In this document: positions 13,601-64,000 of the stretch, piece by piece
Position numbering within the stretch: the first letter of the stretch is position 1
How the letters are laid out: each line of letters starts with the position of its first letter
Assembly: GCA_965153285.1 (NCBI GenBank)
Contig: OZ229111.1
Origin: Podarcis tiliguerta
Taxonomy: Eukaryota
Strand: one strand, 5' to 3'
Length of the DNA: 64,000 bases
Notes under the pieces: model-generated
Seen by the model: the letters and a program-made list of their open reading frames with translations, nothing else
Told to the model about the DNA's origin: nothing
Databases searched by the model: none
Position numbers and translations under genes: made by a program

Positions 13601-13980
13601 ATAAATCACACATTTGCTTATGCATATTTGTCACATTATCAAAAATGTAATATGCAAGATTTGTCAAGCAAGACACTACTATGGTGGGTCAATTAAATCA
13701 TCAACCTTGTCTGTAACAGGAGTTTCTTTCTACTGAGTCTTATCATACAAAGTCAAAGAAGTAGGCAACCATGTACATTAGAACAGTGTAAAGGGCAATT
13801 CTCCAAAAGCCTTATCTGGAAAGGACGGCTGTTAGTATATGTATAGCTGTCAAGCTATCTTTACCTCCTCATATACGAGTCTTAAAGCATTACATCTGAA
13901 AGAAACATAATGTAATATTTCCCCACTGCTGACTATTATTCTATTCATTTTTCTCAGGACATCTCTAAAACAGAAGACAT

Positions 13981-14152
13981 NNNNNNNNNNNNNNNNNNNN
14001 NNNNNNNNNNNNNNNNNNNNNNNNNNNNNNNNNNNNNNNNNNNNNNNNNNNNNNNNNNNNNNNNNNNNNNNNNNNNNNNNNNNNNNNNNNNNNNNNNNNN
14101 NNNNNNNNNNNNNNNNNNNNNNNNNNNNNNNNNNNNNNNNNNNNNNNNNNNN
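13981..14152. other. Assembly gap (172 N)
   Basis: Run of n. Confidence 1.
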
Positions 14153-15165
14153 TTATTAGACTTGTTTTTATATATTTTTTAATTTCTCCCCCCCGCCCTC
14201 GGTGACCATAATGTGATTGTCTCAGTTTCTCGACCAAACAAACACACTAATAATTTTTTCTTTTTTTAAAATCTGAAACAGTGATTGTGCCTTCTGGCTG
14301 ATGTATGTACAGGGTGATCTGAATTGGTGCCCATTTGCAATAGTGTTAACACAATGCCCACAGCTCTACTAGAACTGATACCAACAAACTACTGAATCTA
14401 AACAGACTACACCCTGTAACTGTGTTATACTGTCCACAATGGAATCTTCAAAGACATACAGAGTATGAAATTTATCAGTAGTGATTTATAGCCACCATTT
14501 TGAATTGAACTTTACACTCTGCCCTCTTTGAATAAATTAACTTTAGGCCAGACAAAAGCAGGGTTGGAGTGCAAGTGCAGGTTTATATTCCTTAATATAC
14601 TTCTTTTGCTATTTCCAGTGCTCTGTTGCTCCTGTTCTCATTTCTTCCAGTTGCTACACACAAATCACCCCAGAAGTCATGTATTAAATGCACCTGTATT
14701 TTGCTTTTAAATGAAAAAACCTCTTGAATGTTTATCAAACAAGCAGCCTGAAGAATCTTTCCCCATCAGCTGGTCTAGTGGAGGTGGGTGGCCCTCTTGA
14801 ATATCTTGAAAGTTTGCTCACGTGTGAATGGAGTGAGGTAATATAAGATGAGGCCTTCTCTTTAAATATTTTTTTTCTGTTTTGATTTATGTTTTCTTTA
14901 GACCCAGAACAAGTGGGTAATATTTATGGGGTACTTTTGAATCTGCACGGTTTAAAGTTTTCAGTCTGGCTTTAGTCCACTTCAGGATGTGGTTTTTAAT
15001 CACTTGGATAGCAGCATTGAACTCAAAAAATGTGAGCTTTCTTGCCACTTACTATCCCAAAGTAGCTCAGCCAAGTGCCCCCCATTGGTCTTCATCTCCT
15101 TAGGAGAGGAGATAACAGTTGTAACTACTGGTTCATCCAGACAAGGATGACAGCAGGTTAATTTG
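14153..15165 (-). other. TENM2: TENM2 3' UTR (at least up to the gap)
   Basis: Lies directly after the stop and has no recognisable repeats. Contains a perfect Pumilio element TGTACATA (14304-14311) and ends in AATAA+N at the gap edge. Confidence 0.65.
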
Positions 15166-63443
<48,278 letters not shown>

Positions 63444-64000
63444 CTACCACAAACTACAGTTCCCAATATATTATCTTTTATTCTGAATTAAATTCAGATA
63501 ATTGACTGCAGTTGACTGAAAAACTTGATTCACTGATACCCAGGGGAACTATAGATCCTGATAGTTTGGGGGAGGGGTGGGAGCAAATGACTGATTTAAT
63601 GAGGGAGAAATAGGGGGGAAGTCAGTTATGATGAAAAGGCTAGATTCTATTTTTAATTAACTGGCTGTTCAACACTGACTGTATTCAATATATATGCTCA
63701 ATGCAGTATGTGATTACGAGAAAAGTGAAAAAGAGTGTTAATACATTAACTGATGCACTAAATATACAGTAGTGAGATTTCTTCATGTGGAGACCTTTAG
63801 AAAATATAAATTGCAATTGATCACTCCTACCAAATTGACTTTGCCCTTGCTCCTAATTTAACATGAACCCATTTATTGTTTACTGTAATAGTTATTTATG
63901 GAATCTGAAGAAGCCTTCACCCATTATGCGGTATTTGCCACTGCACTTTTACTGAGAAAAAAGCCACAGTCCACACTGGCTTCCTGATATTTCTTGTGGT

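Noticed and set aside
1-13980. Many 60-150 aa ORFs (e.g. 1169-1570, 1784-2233, 2281-2649) as a second gene
   Set aside because: No recognisable domains, no consistent exon chain, and overlapping frames on both strands; typical of random ORFs in intergenic vertebrate DNA.
13965-14237. 90-aa ORF spanning the gap
   Set aside because: Artefact of the N run.
14287-14294. miR-124 seed site GTGCCTT in the UTR
   Set aside because: It is on the plus strand, antisense to the TENM2 mRNA.

Overview
This is vertebrate genomic DNA. The repeat content (Sauria SINEs, BovB, CR1, L2, L1, hAT/Tc1/Harbinger MITEs) points to a squamate, probably a lacertid lizard. The only gene I can support is the 3' part of teneurin-2 (TENM2) on the minus strand. 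It has 12 coding exons between 63397 and the stop at 15166, all with GT-AG boundaries. Their phases join into one open frame of 4895 nt (about 1630 aa), covering the end of the Ig/FN-plug region, the NHL beta-propeller, the YD/RHS shell, the ABD/Tox-GHH region and the TCAP-2 peptide. One exon is a 21-nt microexon (60117-60137, the NKEFKHS splice insert) that is absent from the ORF track. The 3' UTR runs towards a 172-N gap (13981-14152), and 1-13980 looks intergenic. Nearly all other ORFs in the track are spurious or transposon-derived. I found no convincing new gene system. The best leads are: (i) an inverted MITE pair bracketing three exons that would form a stop-free 1263-nt circle; (ii) a young CpG-rich solo-LTR-like element about 330 nt upstream of the toxin-like/TCAP terminal exon; (iii) the regulatory layout around the microexon; and (iv) several nested TE insertions whose order can be read from their target-site duplications (TSDs). 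Family names for repeats and comparisons with orthologues come from recall and have not been checked against a database.
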